Below are positions 41,857-52,947 of a stretch of DNA of 64,000 nt, piece by piece. Under the pieces are notes generated by a model. It saw nothing but the letters and a program-made list of their open reading frames with translations, was not told the origin of the DNA and made no database searches. Source of the DNA: Puniceicoccaceae bacterium (GTDB taxonomy: Bacteria; Verrucomicrobiota; Verrucomicrobiia; Opitutales; Oceanipulchritudinaceae); NCBI GenBank assembly GCA_040830765.1, contig JBFOMH010000009.1:1-64000 (forward strand), written 5' to 3'. A program made the position numbers and the translations under genes. Positions within the stretch are counted from its first letter, which is position 1. The number at the start of each line of letters is the position of its first letter.

Positions 41857-43443
41857 TCAGCTCAAAACAAATTCGAGCACTCTCATGGCTGCATTATGTC
41901 CCGGGACGCCGCTTACCGCACCACCGCGCCTTGCCCCGGAACCGCAGAGGAAAACGTTGGGCAAATCGGTTTCCACACCCCATTGACCCGCCTCTACTTC
42001 CTCCTCGACGAATGGCCAGGTGAGGGCGTTGTGGAATATGTTGCCACGAGGTAAGTGAATTTCCTCCTCAAGGTCCACCGGTGTCTTGATCTCGATACAC
42101 CGGTCCCCATCTCCGTCCGTCGCAAGGCAGGCCTCGATTGGTTCCGCCGTATATTGGTTAATGCCGGAGAGATAACGGCTTAGAACCTCAGTCCGCAAAA
42201 CAGCATTGTCTGATTCAAAGGCCGAATAGGGCATGTCCAGACCAAAAAGTGTGAGGGTCTGGTACCCCTTTGCCTTCAATTCCTTGGAAAGAATCGTATT
42301 GTCGGTCAGGCTATGACAGTACATCTCGCCAGCCGGACAATCAGCCAGTTGGCCAGCCATGGCGTTCCGGTAATTGGCATTCATGGCATCGTAACCCTCG
42401 TCAATGTGGAAGGTTCCACTAAAGGCTTCACGTGGATCGACTGATTTGGACATCAGCTTGGGCAACCGTTTCAACAAGAGATTGATTTTGACAACCGAAC
42501 CCTCATCCGCCGGATCCGCAGGAACAGGTGTATCGTCCAGAAGCTCGGCCAGTACAGCCGGGGCGGCGTTGCAAAGCACATACTTTGTATCCACATTTTG
42601 ATTACGTTCACCAACCTCAAAAGTGACGGAAGCCGCCTTCCCGGACGTCTCTATCCTTGAAACACTCGCGGCTGTCTGGATTGTCACCCCATGACCCAAG
42701 GCGCACTTTTCGAGCGAATCCACAAGCGAGCCCATGCCACCTTCCGGCACGCGCCACTCGCCTGTCCCCTGCCCGATGATATGGTAAAGGAAGGTCCGGT
42801 TCTGCAGGAGGGAAGGATCATGCGCATACGTGCAAACCCCGATCTTGGCATCGGTGAAGACCACACCACGCACCAGATCATTGGAGAGGTGCGCTTCGAT
42901 AATCTCGCCGAGGGGATTCTCAATGAGTGCCTCCCAGGCCTGGTGCTGGTCTCGGCTGAGTGCGGCAACCAGCTCCTTGCGGCTTTTCAGAGGCTGCAGC
43001 AAGGTTGGCCAGAGCACCTTGGCCAGGCTTTCCTGCATTTCCTGAAGTTTGAGGTAGCCCCGGTAATCATCGACGCCACCAGGCAGACCATGGAACGAGG
43101 AACGGGTACGGGTTTCGGAAACATTGCTTATGAGCAGCTCGCTAAGTTTACCGCCTGCCAAAGAAGGCGTGTAGGAAGCCGTTTCCCTCGACATGAGGCG
43201 AAGATCCAGTCCCAAATCATCGACTATCTTCCTTGGGAAAAGGCTGATCAGGTAAGAATAGACAGACAATCTCGCGTCCATTCCTGGAAAGACCTTTTTG
43301 GAGCGAGTGGCTCCGCCAATGGACGCATTCCCTTCCAGCACCAGAACGGACAATCCAGCTCGGCCAAGATAGGATGCCGCCACGAGGCCATTGTGCCCGG
43401 CCCCGATAATGACAACGTCGTAGGATTCGGCAATTGGCTGCAT
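41857..43443 (-). CDS. Phytoene desaturase-like NAD(P)/FAD oxidoreductase
   Basis: DVVIIGAGHNGLVAA, GGMGSL, TPVDLE, GNIFH, LCGSGARRGGAVSG.PGHNAA; alternative TTG start at 43461. Confidence 0.9.
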   Translation of the reverse strand: MQPIAESYDVVIIGAGHNGLVAASYLGRAGLSVLVLEGNASIGGATRSKKVFPGMDARLSVYSYLISLFPRKIVDDLGLDLRLMSRETASYTPSLAGGKLSELLISNVSETRTRSSFHGLPGGVDDYRGYLKLQEMQESLAKVLWPTLLQPLKSRKELVAALSRDQHQAWEALIENPLGEIIEAHLSNDLVRGVVFTDAKIGVCTYAHDPSLLQNRTFLYHIIGQGTGEWRVPEGGMGSLVDSLEKCALGHGVTIQTAASVSRIETSGKAASVTFEVGERNQNVDTKYVLCNAAPAVLAELLDDTPVPADPADEGSVVKINLLLKRLPKLMSKSVDPREAFSGTFHIDEGYDAMNANYRNAMAGQLADCPAGEMYCHSLTDNTILSKELKAKGYQTLTLFGLDMPYSAFESDNAVLRTEVLSRYLSGINQYTAEPIEACLATDGDGDRCIEIKTPVDLEEEIHLPRGNIFHNALTWPFVEEEVEAGQWGVETDLPNVFLCGSGARRGGAVSGVPGHNAAMRVLEFVLS

Positions 43444-43457
43444 GATTTCTTTCCAGA

Positions 43458-43859
43458 TCAATCCAACCGCGGGGGCTCCGGCTCGGGGCGGCGCTCTGCG
43501 GTACTTCCCTCGACATTGCTGCCCAGCATGAGAACCTCACAGGGGGCGTCGCCAAAGTTCCTGAAGATGTGGTAATCCCCGACGGGCTTGAATACCGAAT
43601 CTCCCCTCTCGATGAGAAACCAGTCCCCATTGATGCAGACATGGCAGCTGCCCATGGTGACATAAAACCACTCCTCCTCCCGGCTATGGGTATGGTACTT
43701 GGTATTCGTCTCCCCCGGCCCAATTCGGGTCAGCCGCATTTCGAACTGGCTTGATCCATGCGCTTTCCAAAGGGCCTTGAACTCACCGGAACGGGTCGTC
43801 TCCCCTGGGAAAATTTTCGGTTCCCATTCCAGGTCACCTGCCCTGACTATATGCTTCAT
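43458..43859 (-). CDS. Cupin domain protein
   Basis: Start ATG 43859; HTHSREEEWFYV..G and GD.....G.YH.FRN. Confidence 0.88.
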   Translation of the reverse strand: MKHIVRAGDLEWEPKIFPGETTRSGEFKALWKAHGSSQFEMRLTRIGPGETNTKYHTHSREEEWFYVTMGSCHVCINGDWFLIERGDSVFKPVGDYHIFRNFGDAPCEVLMLGSNVEGSTAERRPEPEPPRLD

Positions 43860-43881
43860 TCCTTCGTCCCCACTTGGCTGG

Positions 43882-44427
43882 TCAAACCTCCCCGGCCACA
43901 GGCGCATCCTGCACACCGATGATCTTCTCGATCTCCTTCTCGATGTAGAGGCCCTGATCCTTGCTCTCGAGTCCCTTGATAAGCGTCTTTTGCTGGTTGT
44001 GCTTGTCGATCAGACGGACCTCATAAGTGATCGAAGTACCATTCTTGGTCCGGCGCACCTTTTGGTAGGTGTAGAGTTGTTTGATGTCGGAAATGTCGTA
44101 GATGCCCTGTCCCGGCCACTTCATTGGATGGATCCTGACTTCCACCTGCATCGGGGAGATGATGATGTCTGTCTTGTTTATGAAACCGGCAATGACGAAG
44201 TAAGTCAGCCCGACACCAACAGCCACATGGCCCAGCGGAAACAGGATATGCATCAGGGGAACGTTATCCATCTTCGTTGCCGAGAAATACCAGAAGACCA
44301 GAAAACTATCCCAGAAGATGCAAAAGAAGAGCAGAAATATGACGGCTGGCGTGAACCACTTCTTGCGGATAACCAGGTTACCCCGTTCTTCCAGTAGTTC
44401 AATATTCGAGGGAATCGGTACTTCCAT
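43882..44427 (-). CDS. Hypothetical membrane protein (2 TM plus soluble domain)
   Basis: Two hydrophobic segments (FLLFFCIFWD..., GHVAVGVGLTY), then a polar beta-rich domain; fits the gene run. Confidence 0.75.
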   Translation of the reverse strand: MEVPIPSNIELLEERGNLVIRKKWFTPAVIFLLFFCIFWDSFLVFWYFSATKMDNVPLMHILFPLGHVAVGVGLTYFVIAGFINKTDIIISPMQVEVRIHPMKWPGQGIYDISDIKQLYTYQKVRRTKNGTSITYEVRLIDKHNQQKTLIKGLESKDQGLYIEKEIEKIIGVQDAPVAGEV

Positions 44428-44476
44428 GGGAACAGTTGTTAAGGAAAATTACCCGGTCCTTCCAGCTAATTCAGTT

Positions 44477-44905
44477 TCACGACCCATCAGCCGGTTGTGA
44501 GCTATCCTTGAGGGACACCCATGCGCGGGAATATCTTTCAAATCCGACTTTCCCGTAATAGTCATCCGCCTTGGGCGCGGCCAGAAGGGTTATGAAGCAG
44601 CTGTCCTCAAGATTCTCCCGGGTATGCTCAAGCAAGGCCCGGCCTATTCCCACTCGTTGGTAGTCCCGGTGCACGGCAAGATCCGCCAGGTAGGCGACAT
44701 AAGAGAAGTCGGTCAATGTCCTCGCGATACCGACCAGTCGGTCTCCATCCCATGCGGTCACCACCAAGTCCGCATGGCGGATCATGTCCCCCATTATTTT
44801 CCTCGAATGAACCGGTCGACGCTCCCCAAGCGTCGAGGCGTTGTAGAGCTTGATCACAGCATCCAGGTCGAGGTCATTCCCAATCTTGTAGGCAACTGGC
44901 TTCAT
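44477..44905 (-). CDS. GNAT family N-acetyltransferase
   Basis: LVGIAR, LADLAVH.DYQRVGIG, YY.KVGF. Confidence 0.92.
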   Translation of the reverse strand: MKPVAYKIGNDLDLDAVIKLYNASTLGERRPVHSRKIMGDMIRHADLVVTAWDGDRLVGIARTLTDFSYVAYLADLAVHRDYQRVGIGRALLEHTRENLEDSCFITLLAAPKADDYYGKVGFERYSRAWVSLKDSSQPADGS

Positions 44906-44951
44906 CGATGAAAGCGATCCCCGAGATTAAAAAAACAAGCAACTCCTGCGC

Positions 44952-45431
44952 TTACTCCTCCCCATCAAAGTAATCAATTGGCTCGGAGCGGATCAGTTGC
45001 GCCTTGGGTGACCGCACCAGCCACTTGCCACTGTCAGGATAGTGGCAAGATTCACCTATCGGATTGTCGGCAATAATATAGAACACAAGGTCCGCTGCGC
45101 TGTCGTTGATGATCTGGTGAGCCTCATCGGGTTTGAAAAGGAAGGCGCTTCCAGGTTCAATTGGCTCCTTTCCTCCTTCATGGCGGACCTGACCCGTCCC
45201 GGAAATGACATGATAGAACTCCCACTGGGCGCTATGTGAGTGGTATGGGCACAAGGCTTTCCCGGGCGGCACAGTACAGATTTCCACGTCAAATGGATGC
45301 CGTTCCATGATATCGGTCGAATCGTGTTTCCTTCCCAAGGCCTCGGAGACCTGCTTGCCACTCCCGGCATACTTCCCCTTTGGTGAGTCCCATGAGACGT
45401 CTTTCAGCTCGTTTGTATTAACGATCTTCAT
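44952..45431 (-). CDS. Cupin domain protein
   Basis: PPG....PYHSHSAQWEFYHVISG, AHQIIN, YPDSGK. Confidence 0.9.
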   Translation of the reverse strand: MKIVNTNELKDVSWDSPKGKYAGSGKQVSEALGRKHDSTDIMERHPFDVEICTVPPGKALCPYHSHSAQWEFYHVISGTGQVRHEGGKEPIEPGSAFLFKPDEAHQIINDSAADLVFYIIADNPIGESCHYPDSGKWLVRSPKAQLIRSEPIDYFDGEE

Positions 45432-46378
45432 TGATTGTTTCCTTTCTGCTCTTGCTGGGTTGTGGATTCAAATTCCTTCATCCGGTAAAGACGGCTTTGC
45501 CCATTGGCATATTGGCCAGCAGCGTCAAGGAAGGCCTCTGTTTCCCGGAATCCGTAGGGGGCTTCAGAAAAGGCGATTCGCTTGCTGGTGAAGTAGAGGG
45601 TTCCATTGGCATCGACGAATGGGCAGTAATCCATTCGCGGGGAATTGATCTCAGGTCCAAGGTTTAGCGATTCTCCCCATGAGCCATCCTCCTGCCGGTG
45701 ACTGATGTAGAGGTCCCCGCTTCCATAACCGCCTTCGCGGTTATAGGCTGTATAGATCAGGAAAGAACCATCCGGAGCGACAAAGGCATTAAACTCATAG
45801 CCGTCTGAATTGACGGCCTTCCCCAGCGGCAGCGGTTCGTCCCCATCTGCACTGTAATGGAATATGTCATCCTTACCGAGACTTCCCTCGCGGTCGCTGG
45901 TGAAGAAAAATTCCTCCCCTGCCGTTATGGCCGGGTAGAATTCATTGGCCTCTGAATTAACCGGCTGGCCCATGTTTACGGGAGGCGACCAGGCCCCATC
46001 AAAATCATCCCGTTCAACATACCAGATGTCATAATCCCCGGCTTGCCCATCCTCGCGTGGACGGTTGGAGGCAAAGTACAACCGCAGGCCATCGGGAGAC
46101 AAAAACGGTTCCAAGTCGTTGTAGTCGCCGGAAAAGGCGGCCATTTGAGGATCCGACCATCCCCCATCTTCATCCCGGACCATGTAAAGGATTGAGGAAA
46201 TCTCGCCAAAGAAGCTCTGGGAACTGAAATACAATTCCCTGCCGTCGGAACGGATGGAGAGGTCCCGGACTGCAATGTGATCCTCAAGGGAATCCTGGAG
46301 AAAAGGCTCAACGGTAGTACCGCCAACCGGGGTGCTGCAACCAAGGGCCAGCAATGCGGCCAGATTCAATCCTTTCAT
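45428..46378 (-). CDS. Lipoprotein with PD40 (TolB-like) beta-propeller repeats
   Basis: Lipobox LALGC from ATG 46378; repeats SPDG.RLYFASNR, FFFTSDR, APDGSFLIY, LYFTSKR. Confidence 0.85.
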   Translation of the reverse strand: MKGLNLAALLALGCSTPVGGTTVEPFLQDSLEDHIAVRDLSIRSDGRELYFSSQSFFGEISSILYMVRDEDGGWSDPQMAAFSGDYNDLEPFLSPDGLRLYFASNRPREDGQAGDYDIWYVERDDFDGAWSPPVNMGQPVNSEANEFYPAITAGEEFFFTSDREGSLGKDDIFHYSADGDEPLPLGKAVNSDGYEFNAFVAPDGSFLIYTAYNREGGYGSGDLYISHRQEDGSWGESLNLGPEINSPRMDYCPFVDANGTLYFTSKRIAFSEAPYGFRETEAFLDAAGQYANGQSRLYRMKEFESTTQQEQKGNNQ

Positions 46379-46501
46379 GCTGCAGGGAAACACCGACCCG
46401 CCCCACTGGCAAAGGTCTTTTTCCCCTATGGGAACAATCTGTGAAAATCTTTTCCTGAACGGACTTTACCCGCCTGCCTTTCACCTCTTAATTCTATCCA
46501 T

Positions 46502-49500
46502 ATGCCGTCCGATGCCGAGAAACCGTTTGTCCACCTGCACTGCCATACTGACTATTCGCTGCTGGACGGATGCGCCCGCATCGACCGATACATGCAGCGT
46601 TGTCAGGAGCTTAACATGCCGGCGCTGGCGATGACCGACCATGGAAACCTTTTCGGGGCCATCAATTTCTACCGGGCCTGCGAAAAGGCCGGCATCAAGC
46701 CGCTGATCGGGTGCGAAATTTACCTTGTCCATGACCACAAGCAGGAGGAACGCCCGAAGCGTGACCGGGCCCGCTCCGACGACATTGCTGATGTTCCGGA
46801 GGACGAACTGGGCCCGGAAAACTACCCCCAGTACCAGATTCACCACAAGACCCTCATTGCCCGGGACTTCACCGGCTACCAGAACCTTGTCAAACTGATC
46901 TCCGATGCCCACGTCAACGGAATGTATTACCGGCCCCGGACGGACATGGAGAAACTGGCGGCACATGCCGAGGGAATAATCGCCCTCAGCGGATGCATCA
47001 ACGGGGTCGCGGCCCAGCACCTGATCTACAACGATTACGACGGGGCCCGGGAGGCAACCGGCCAGTTCATCGACATCTTCGGCAAGGAGAACTATTTCAT
47101 TGAGCTGCAGAACCATGGCATGCCGGTGCAAAAGCGGATCCTGCCCATGCTGGTCAAGCTGGCCCGGGAATTCGATCTCCCCATGGTCTGCGCCAATGAC
47201 GTGCACTACGTCTACAAGGACGACTGGAAACCGCATGACGCGCTGCTCTGCATCCAGACCGGAAAGCGCATTGCTGACGAGAACCGGATGCGCTATCCCA
47301 ATCATGAATTCTACCTCAAGAGCCATTCGGAAATGGCCGCCATCTTCGGGGAGTTGCCGGACACCCTGGAGAATACCCTCAAGGTGGCTGAGATGGTGGA
47401 CCTGCAGATAAAGTTCGGGGTCGACCACTACCCGGTCTTCGAAAAGCCGGCGGAATTGGTGGTCAAGGAAGATCCGGACCGCTTCAACACCATTCTCGAT
47501 ATTTATGTCCGGGCGAAGAACAAGGTCCTGCAGCGGGAAGGGGAATCCGAGATTACACTCAGCAAGGATGAGCGGGAGAAGTTCCGCAAAAACGGACTCT
47601 ACCTTTTCCAACTCTGCAAGGAGGGATTGAAGGACCGTTACGGGATTGACTACGACAAGATTCGCAAAGAGCACCCGGACCTCCTCCATCCCGACTCCAT
47701 CGGCCAGGGGGACTTTGAGCCCGGAAGCGAAAACTATGAAAGGGAGATTTGCGACAAACTGGATTACGAACTGGCCATCATAACCGGTGCCGGGTTTGTC
47801 GATTACTTCCTCATCACCTGGGACTTTATCGACTGGGCCCGCGGTAAGGGCATTCCCGTCGGGCCAGGCCGGGGCTCCGGAGCTGGTAGCCTCATCGCTT
47901 ACATTCTCAAGATTACCGACATCGAGCCGCTTCGCTTCGGACTTCTCTTTGAACGGATGCTCTCATTGGAACGGGTCTCACCACCGGATTTTGATGTCGA
48001 TTTCTGCATGCGCCGCCGGGACGAAGTGGTCAATTACGTCCGTGACAAGTACGGAGCCGACCGGGTGGCCAACATCATTACCTACGGAAAGTTTGGCGCA
48101 AAAATGGTGGTCCGCGACCTGGCCCGGGTGATGGATGTCGAATACGCCCGGGCCAACCAGCTGGCCAAGATGGTCCCGGATGATCTCAACATCACCCTGG
48201 ATGCGGCCGTGCAGAAGTCGTTGGAGTTGCAGGGGGAAATCTCCAAGGACCCGGTGGTCTCGGAGATCGTCGAGCAGGGACACGTCATCGAGGGCATGGT
48301 CCGCAACACTGGCAAACACGCCTGTGGGATTATCGTGGGGGACCAGCCGCTGACCAACCTGGTCCCGGTCACCCTGCAGGAGGGCGACCTCACCACCCAG
48401 TACGCCAAAGGTCCGGTAGAAGACCTCGGAATGCTCAAGTGTGATTTCCTCGGATTGAAGACCCTGACCGTCATTGCCGATGCCCAGGATCACATTCGTC
48501 GCCGCAAGGGCATGGCCGGATTCGATATTGAAAAGGTCCCGCTGGATGATGAAAAGACCTACGACCTGCTTAATTCCGGTCACACAATCGGTGTTTTTCA
48601 ATTGGAATCCGAAGGCATGCAGTCCCTCTGCAGGCAGATTGGCCTTTCCCGATTCGAGGAAATCATCGCCTTGATTGCCCTATACCGTCCGGGCCCGATG
48701 AAGTTCATCCCGCAGTTCATCGAGGCCAAAAAGGATCCCGCGAAGATGGTTGTCCCCCACCCGCTCTTGCAGGAGCTCGTTGAGGAGACCTACGGCGTCC
48801 TTGTTTACCAGGAGCAGGTCATGGAGTCGGCCCGGATCATTGCCGGATACACGCTCGGCGATGCCGACCTTCTCCGTCGCGCCATGGGGAAGAAGATTCC
48901 CAGGATCATGGCCAAGCAGGAGAAGATATTTGTCCAGCGGGCCAAGGAGACCAATGGCATCGAGAAAAAGGAAGCGGAGAAAATCTGGGAGATCCTGGCC
49001 AAGTTTGCCGAATACGGATTCAACAAGTCCCACTCCGCTGCCTATGCCATGCTCTCCTACCGCACCGCCTACATGAAGGCGAATTTCCCAGTGGAGTTCA
49101 TGGCCGCAGTCCTCGGTTGCGAACTGGGCAACGCCGACAAAGTGGCCCATTTTATCGAGGAGGCTGTGGCCATGGAAATCCCTGTCCTCGGGCCTGACGT
49201 CAATGCTTCCCTGGAATCTTTCTCCCCGGTTGTGGACCATGACAAGTCCTGTATCCGCTTCGGACTGGGGGCCATCAAGGGGGTCGGTGGCGGTCCCTCC
49301 CACGCCATCCTTGAGGAGCGCGAGAATAGCGGCGCTTTCAAGGACTTTTCCGACTTTGCCCGCCGGGTCGACAGCAAGAACGCCAACAAGCGGGTCCTGG
49401 AGAGCCTCATCAAGGCAGGGGCCTTTGATTCCCTGGGCGAGGATCGCGGGATCATTCTCGCCAACATGGACTCCATCCTCGGTGAAGTGCAGGACCTGCG

Positions 49501-50281
49501 CAAGGATGCCGAATCCGGACAAGCCAACATGTTCGACATGTTCGAAATGGATGCACCGCCAGCAACCGAATCCAAGGCTGCTCCCAAGGGTCCCGTGATG
49601 CCATTGAACGAAAAGCTACGCCACGAGCGCGAGCTGCTCGGCTTTTATGTCAGCGGCCACCCGATGAATCCCTACCGGCACTTTGCGGCAGCCATTGATA
49701 CCTTCCGCGGCGAAGACTGGATGAAGATGGAGAACCGCGAGCCATTCCGGCTCTGTGGAGTCATCACTGGAATTGCCCGCAAAATCTCCCGCCGGGACAA
49801 CCGCCCCTGGTGCGTTGTCACCCTCGCCACAACCCGGGATTCCTATACCATTCATGCCTTTGCCAATTGTTATGCTGAATTTGGTCCAGCCCTTGAGGAG
49901 GGCAAGCTGGCCCTGATTGAGGGCCAGGTCATGCGGCGGCAGGACGACGACGTCCAGTTGGCCATGAACAGTGTCCGTCCTCTGGAGCAAGCCGTCACTG
50001 ATCTCGTCAAGGGAATCACCTTCGTCATCGATAACAACGGCGAGTCCTCTGACTTCATCAAGATCCTCCGTCAGGAACTGGAACAGCGGATGGGCCATAC
50101 CATTGTCCGCATCGGGGTCCTTGTCAGTGAGGAGCAGATGGCGGTGGCGGACATCGCCTCCTCCCTCGAGTGGCAACTGAACAAGGAACAGTTTGCCATC
50201 CTCCGCAAGCATCCGGCTGTCCGGGATGTCCTCTTCACGGTTCCTCCCGTGTCCACTCCTCAGCCTTCATGGGGAAGATAA
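46502..50281 (+). CDS. dnaE: DNA polymerase III alpha subunit
   Basis: [73 protein letters not shown]. Confidence 0.98.
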   Translation: MPSDAEKPFVHLHCHTDYSLLDGCARIDRYMQRCQELNMPALAMTDHGNLFGAINFYRACEKAGIKPLIGCEIYLVHDHKQEERPKRDRARSDDIADVPEDELGPENYPQYQIHHKTLIARDFTGYQNLVKLISDAHVNGMYYRPRTDMEKLAAHAEGIIALSGCINGVAAQHLIYNDYDGAREATGQFIDIFGKENYFIELQNHGMPVQKRILPMLVKLAREFDLPMVCANDVHYVYKDDWKPHDALLCIQTGKRIADENRMRYPNHEFYLKSHSEMAAIFGELPDTLENTLKVAEMVDLQIKFGVDHYPVFEKPAELVVKEDPDRFNTILDIYVRAKNKVLQREGESEITLSKDEREKFRKNGLYLFQLCKEGLKDRYGIDYDKIRKEHPDLLHPDSIGQGDFEPGSENYEREICDKLDYELAIITGAGFVDYFLITWDFIDWARGKGIPVGPGRGSGAGSLIAYILKITDIEPLRFGLLFERMLSLERVSPPDFDVDFCMRRRDEVVNYVRDKYGADRVANIITYGKFGAKMVVRDLARVMDVEYARANQLAKMVPDDLNITLDAAVQKSLELQGEISKDPVVSEIVEQGHVIEGMVRNTGKHACGIIVGDQPLTNLVPVTLQEGDLTTQYAKGPVEDLGMLKCDFLGLKTLTVIADAQDHIRRRKGMAGFDIEKVPLDDEKTYDLLNSGHTIGVFQLESEGMQSLCRQIGLSRFEEIIALIALYRPGPMKFIPQFIEAKKDPAKMVVPHPLLQELVEETYGVLVYQEQVMESARIIAGYTLGDADLLRRAMGKKIPRIMAKQEKIFVQRAKETNGIEKKEAEKIWEILAKFAEYGFNKSHSAAYAMLSYRTAYMKANFPVEFMAAVLGCELGNADKVAHFIEEAVAMEIPVLGPDVNASLESFSPVVDHDKSCIRFGLGAIKGVGGGPSHAILEERENSGAFKDFSDFARRVDSKNANKRVLESLIKAGAFDSLGEDRGIILANMDSILGEVQDLRKDAESGQANMFDMFEMDAPPATESKAAPKGPVMPLNEKLRHERELLGFYVSGHPMNPYRHFAAAIDTFRGEDWMKMENREPFRLCGVITGIARKISRRDNRPWCVVTLATTRDSYTIHAFANCYAEFGPALEEGKLALIEGQVMRRQDDDVQLAMNSVRPLEQAVTDLVKGITFVIDNNGESSDFIKILRQELEQRMGHTIVRIGVLVSEEQMAVADIASSLEWQLNKEQFAILRKHPAVRDVLFTVPPVSTPQPSWGR

Positions 50282-50293
50282 TCATCAGTCGTC

Positions 50294-51166
50294 ATGGCAG
50301 ATAGATCAAAGACACTCCTCGACCAGAGCCTTCCCTTCCTCATCTTCCTCGTCACCGGGGTTGTTTTCTTCCCGGTGATTCACTGGCTCTTGAACCAAAC
50401 CATTGCCCACGAGCAGCTCACACACGCCTTTCTCGTCTTTCTCCTCAGTGGGGCGCTTCTCGTCTACGAACGCCACATTGCCATCCGCATCAGTTGCCGG
50501 TTTACGGACATCTCCCAGAACTTGCTCATTTTCTCCTATGCTGTCCTTGTGCTGGCCATCTTCAGCAAGGTAAACCTTATCGTCCTCGCCGCCCTTTGCC
50601 TGAGCCTGGCTTCCTTTCTTCTCTTCCTGTTCGGCGACGACCAGCGACGGCTTATTTTTTCCAGCATTGGTGCCTTTGCCCTGTTCTCGGGTGTGGCCGT
50701 CTTCCTGCCCTTGCTTGACTGGCCCTTGCGGACCTTCGCCGGAAAGTGGGCTGCCTATGGGCTGCATCTGGTTGGGCAGCAGGTTGAGCTCGGCTTGGTG
50801 TCCGCCGCTGCCGGACCCCAGTTGATCCTTCTCAACAACGGCCGTCCCTTCCATGTTGCTTCCGAATGCAATGGCTTTGGCATGATCAGTTCCTGCCTGC
50901 TCATGGCCCTGATAATCGTCCTCTACCGCAGGTTAAGTCTGTTTGACCGGCTGGGGTGGCTGGGAGTTGCCCTTCTCCTGGGTCTCTTTTTCAACTGCCT
51001 CCGGATCATCATCATCGTTCTGATGGCTCCATCCCTGCCTGATAATGCCTACATGCTGATGCACGAGATCGTTGGCCTGGCGACAACCTACGGTGGCCTC
51101 GCCGCCCTCTATTTTCTCCTCATGCCAAAGGAGAAGGCAGACGCCGATGATATCCTGGCTGCTTAA
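50294..51166 (+). CDS. Exosortase/archaeosortase family protein
   Basis: About 8 TM segments; Cys-Arg-His triad motifs VASECNG, NCLRI, MHEIVG. Confidence 0.82.
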   Translation: MADRSKTLLDQSLPFLIFLVTGVVFFPVIHWLLNQTIAHEQLTHAFLVFLLSGALLVYERHIAIRISCRFTDISQNLLIFSYAVLVLAIFSKVNLIVLAALCLSLASFLLFLFGDDQRRLIFSSIGAFALFSGVAVFLPLLDWPLRTFAGKWAAYGLHLVGQQVELGLVSAAAGPQLILLNNGRPFHVASECNGFGMISSCLLMALIIVLYRRLSLFDRLGWLGVALLLGLFFNCLRIIIIVLMAPSLPDNAYMLMHEIVGLATTYGGLAALYFLLMPKEKADADDILAA

Positions 51167-52383
51167 ACCTTGCCGAAGACAAGGGAGGCGTTGGTGCCGC
51201 CAAAGCCAAAGCTGTTACTGAGCGCCACATCAATGGCAGCATCCCGGGTTTCCGTGACGATAGGGAAGCCCTCCGCCTCAGGATCCAGCGTTTCAATGTT
51301 CGCACTACCGCCGATGAAGCCTTCCTGCATCATGATGAGGGAGTAAATGGCTTCCTGTGCTCCGGTTGCCCCCAGGCTGTGACCCGTGAGGCTCTTGGTG
51401 GAAGTAATAAACGGTAAATCCTTGCCGAAAACAGTCCGGACAGCGCTCAACTCGGTCATGTCACCGGCAGGCGTACTGGTGCCGTGGGCATTGATGTAAT
51501 CGATTTTGCGGTCCAGTCCCTGGGTGGCCAGCTGCATGCAGCGGACGGCCCCTTCACCACTGGGAGCAACCATGTCTGCACCATCACTGGTCGCCCCGTA
51601 GCCGAGGATTTCCCCGTAAATCTTGGCCCCGCGGGCCTTGGCACGCTCATATTCCTCAAGCACCACCATGGCCCCGCCGCCAGCAGCAACAAATCCGTCG
51701 CGGGTGGCGTCGAATGGCCGGCTGGCCGTTTCCGGCGAGTCGTTGTACTTGCTCGAAAGGGCACCCATGGCATCGAAGAAGAGGGTCAGCTCGGCGCTTT
51801 CCTCCTCGCCCCCGCCGGCGAACATGACGTCCTGGTTGCCCCAGGCAATCTGCTCCGCCGCCGCCCCAATACTGTGCGCGCTCGTCGCACAGGCCGAGGT
51901 GATGGAGTAATTCAATCCAAGGATGGCAAAGGCCGTGCAGAGGTTGGCCGAGACGGTGCTGGACATGATCCGCGGCACCCGGAAAGGACCCACTCGGCGG
52001 ATGCCCCGCTCCTTTAGGATCTCCATCCCTTCCACCTGGTTGATGGGGGAGCCCCCGCCGGACCCGGCGATCAGGCCGGTGCGCGGATGGGAGATCTCGT
52101 CCTTACTCAGGCCGCTGTCAGCAATCGCCTGCTCCATCGCAAGATAACTGAAGAGGGCGGCATCGCCCATGAAGCGGGCCAGTTTCCGGTCGATCTGCTC
52201 GAGGAGTGCATCCCGGTCCCAGATACTGCCGGAGATCTGGCTCCGCAGGCCCAGCTCAGCGTATTTGACGTTCTTACGGATCCCGGAAGAGATCGTCCGG
52301 AGGGATTCCGAGACGGCTTCGACATTGTTTCCGATGCAGGAAATGATGCCGATACCAGTGACGACGACGCGACGTTTTTCCAT
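51163..52383 (-). CDS. fabB: 3-oxoacyl-ACP synthase I
   Basis: [52 protein letters not shown]; paired with fabA. Confidence 0.93.
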   Translation of the reverse strand: MEKRRVVVTGIGIISCIGNNVEAVSESLRTISSGIRKNVKYAELGLRSQISGSIWDRDALLEQIDRKLARFMGDAALFSYLAMEQAIADSGLSKDEISHPRTGLIAGSGGGSPINQVEGMEILKERGIRRVGPFRVPRIMSSTVSANLCTAFAILGLNYSITSACATSAHSIGAAAEQIAWGNQDVMFAGGGEEESAELTLFFDAMGALSSKYNDSPETASRPFDATRDGFVAAGGGAMVVLEEYERAKARGAKIYGEILGYGATSDGADMVAPSGEGAVRCMQLATQGLDRKIDYINAHGTSTPAGDMTELSAVRTVFGKDLPFITSTKSLTGHSLGATGAQEAIYSLIMMQEGFIGGSANIETLDPEAEGFPIVTETRDAAIDVALSNSFGFGGTNASLVFGKV

Positions 52384-52395
52384 AATTAAAAGCGC

Positions 52396-52914
52396 TTAGA
52401 AATTATCCGTTTCGGTAAACAGGCCCACCTTCAAATTGCGGGCGGTGTAGATGGTCTTGCCGTCGACGGAGACCTCCCCGTCGGCCACGGCCAGCTTGAG
52501 GCGGCTCTCCATCAGGCGGCTGATCGACAGCTTGTAGGTGACCAACTTGGCCGTCGGTAGGATCTGCCCGGTGAACTTCACTTCCCCTACCCCGAGGGCG
52601 CGCCCCTTGCCGAGGTTGCCCCGCCAGGTGATGTAGAAACCGACCAGTTGCCAGAGGGCGTCGAGCCCGAGACAGCCCGGCATGACCGGGTCGCCCTCAA
52701 AGTGGCACTTAAAGAACCATAGGTCCGGATTGATATCCAGTTCGGCGATGACCTCACCCTTGCCATGGGCACCACCGTCCGCGGTGATGCTGGTGATCCG
52801 GTCGATCATCAACATGTTGGGCAGGGGCAGCTTGGCACTGCCCTCGGGGAACAGCTCGCCCTTGCCACTCTTGATCAGTTCATCGCGGTTGTAAGATGAT
52901 TTTCGCTCAACCAT
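52396..52914 (-). CDS. fabA: 3-hydroxydecanoyl-ACP dehydratase/isomerase
   Basis: [36 protein letters not shown] (FabA-type Asp), [11 protein letters not shown]. Confidence 0.95.
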   Translation of the reverse strand: MVERKSSYNRDELIKSGKGELFPEGSAKLPLPNMLMIDRITSITADGGAHGKGEVIAELDINPDLWFFKCHFEGDPVMPGCLGLDALWQLVGFYITWRGNLGKGRALGVGEVKFTGQILPTAKLVTYKLSISRLMESRLKLAVADGEVSVDGKTIYTARNLKVGLFTETDNF

Positions 52915-52947
52915 CACTAGCCTTTGTTGAGGGGTTGCAACCTGCCA

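Noticed and set aside
41857..43443. Carotenoid pathway (crtI)
   Set aside because: Only family-level similarity and no other crt genes nearby.
34383..46378. Integron cassette array
   Set aside because: No integrase, no repeated attC-like RYYYAAC...GTTRRRY sites found, several genes overlap or have their own RBS, and orientation is mixed.
46502..50281. Intein in DnaE (protein about 100 aa longer than E. coli DnaE)
   Set aside because: Extra length is split among short insertions; no C/S...HN-C/S/T splice motifs or LAGLIDADG blocks.
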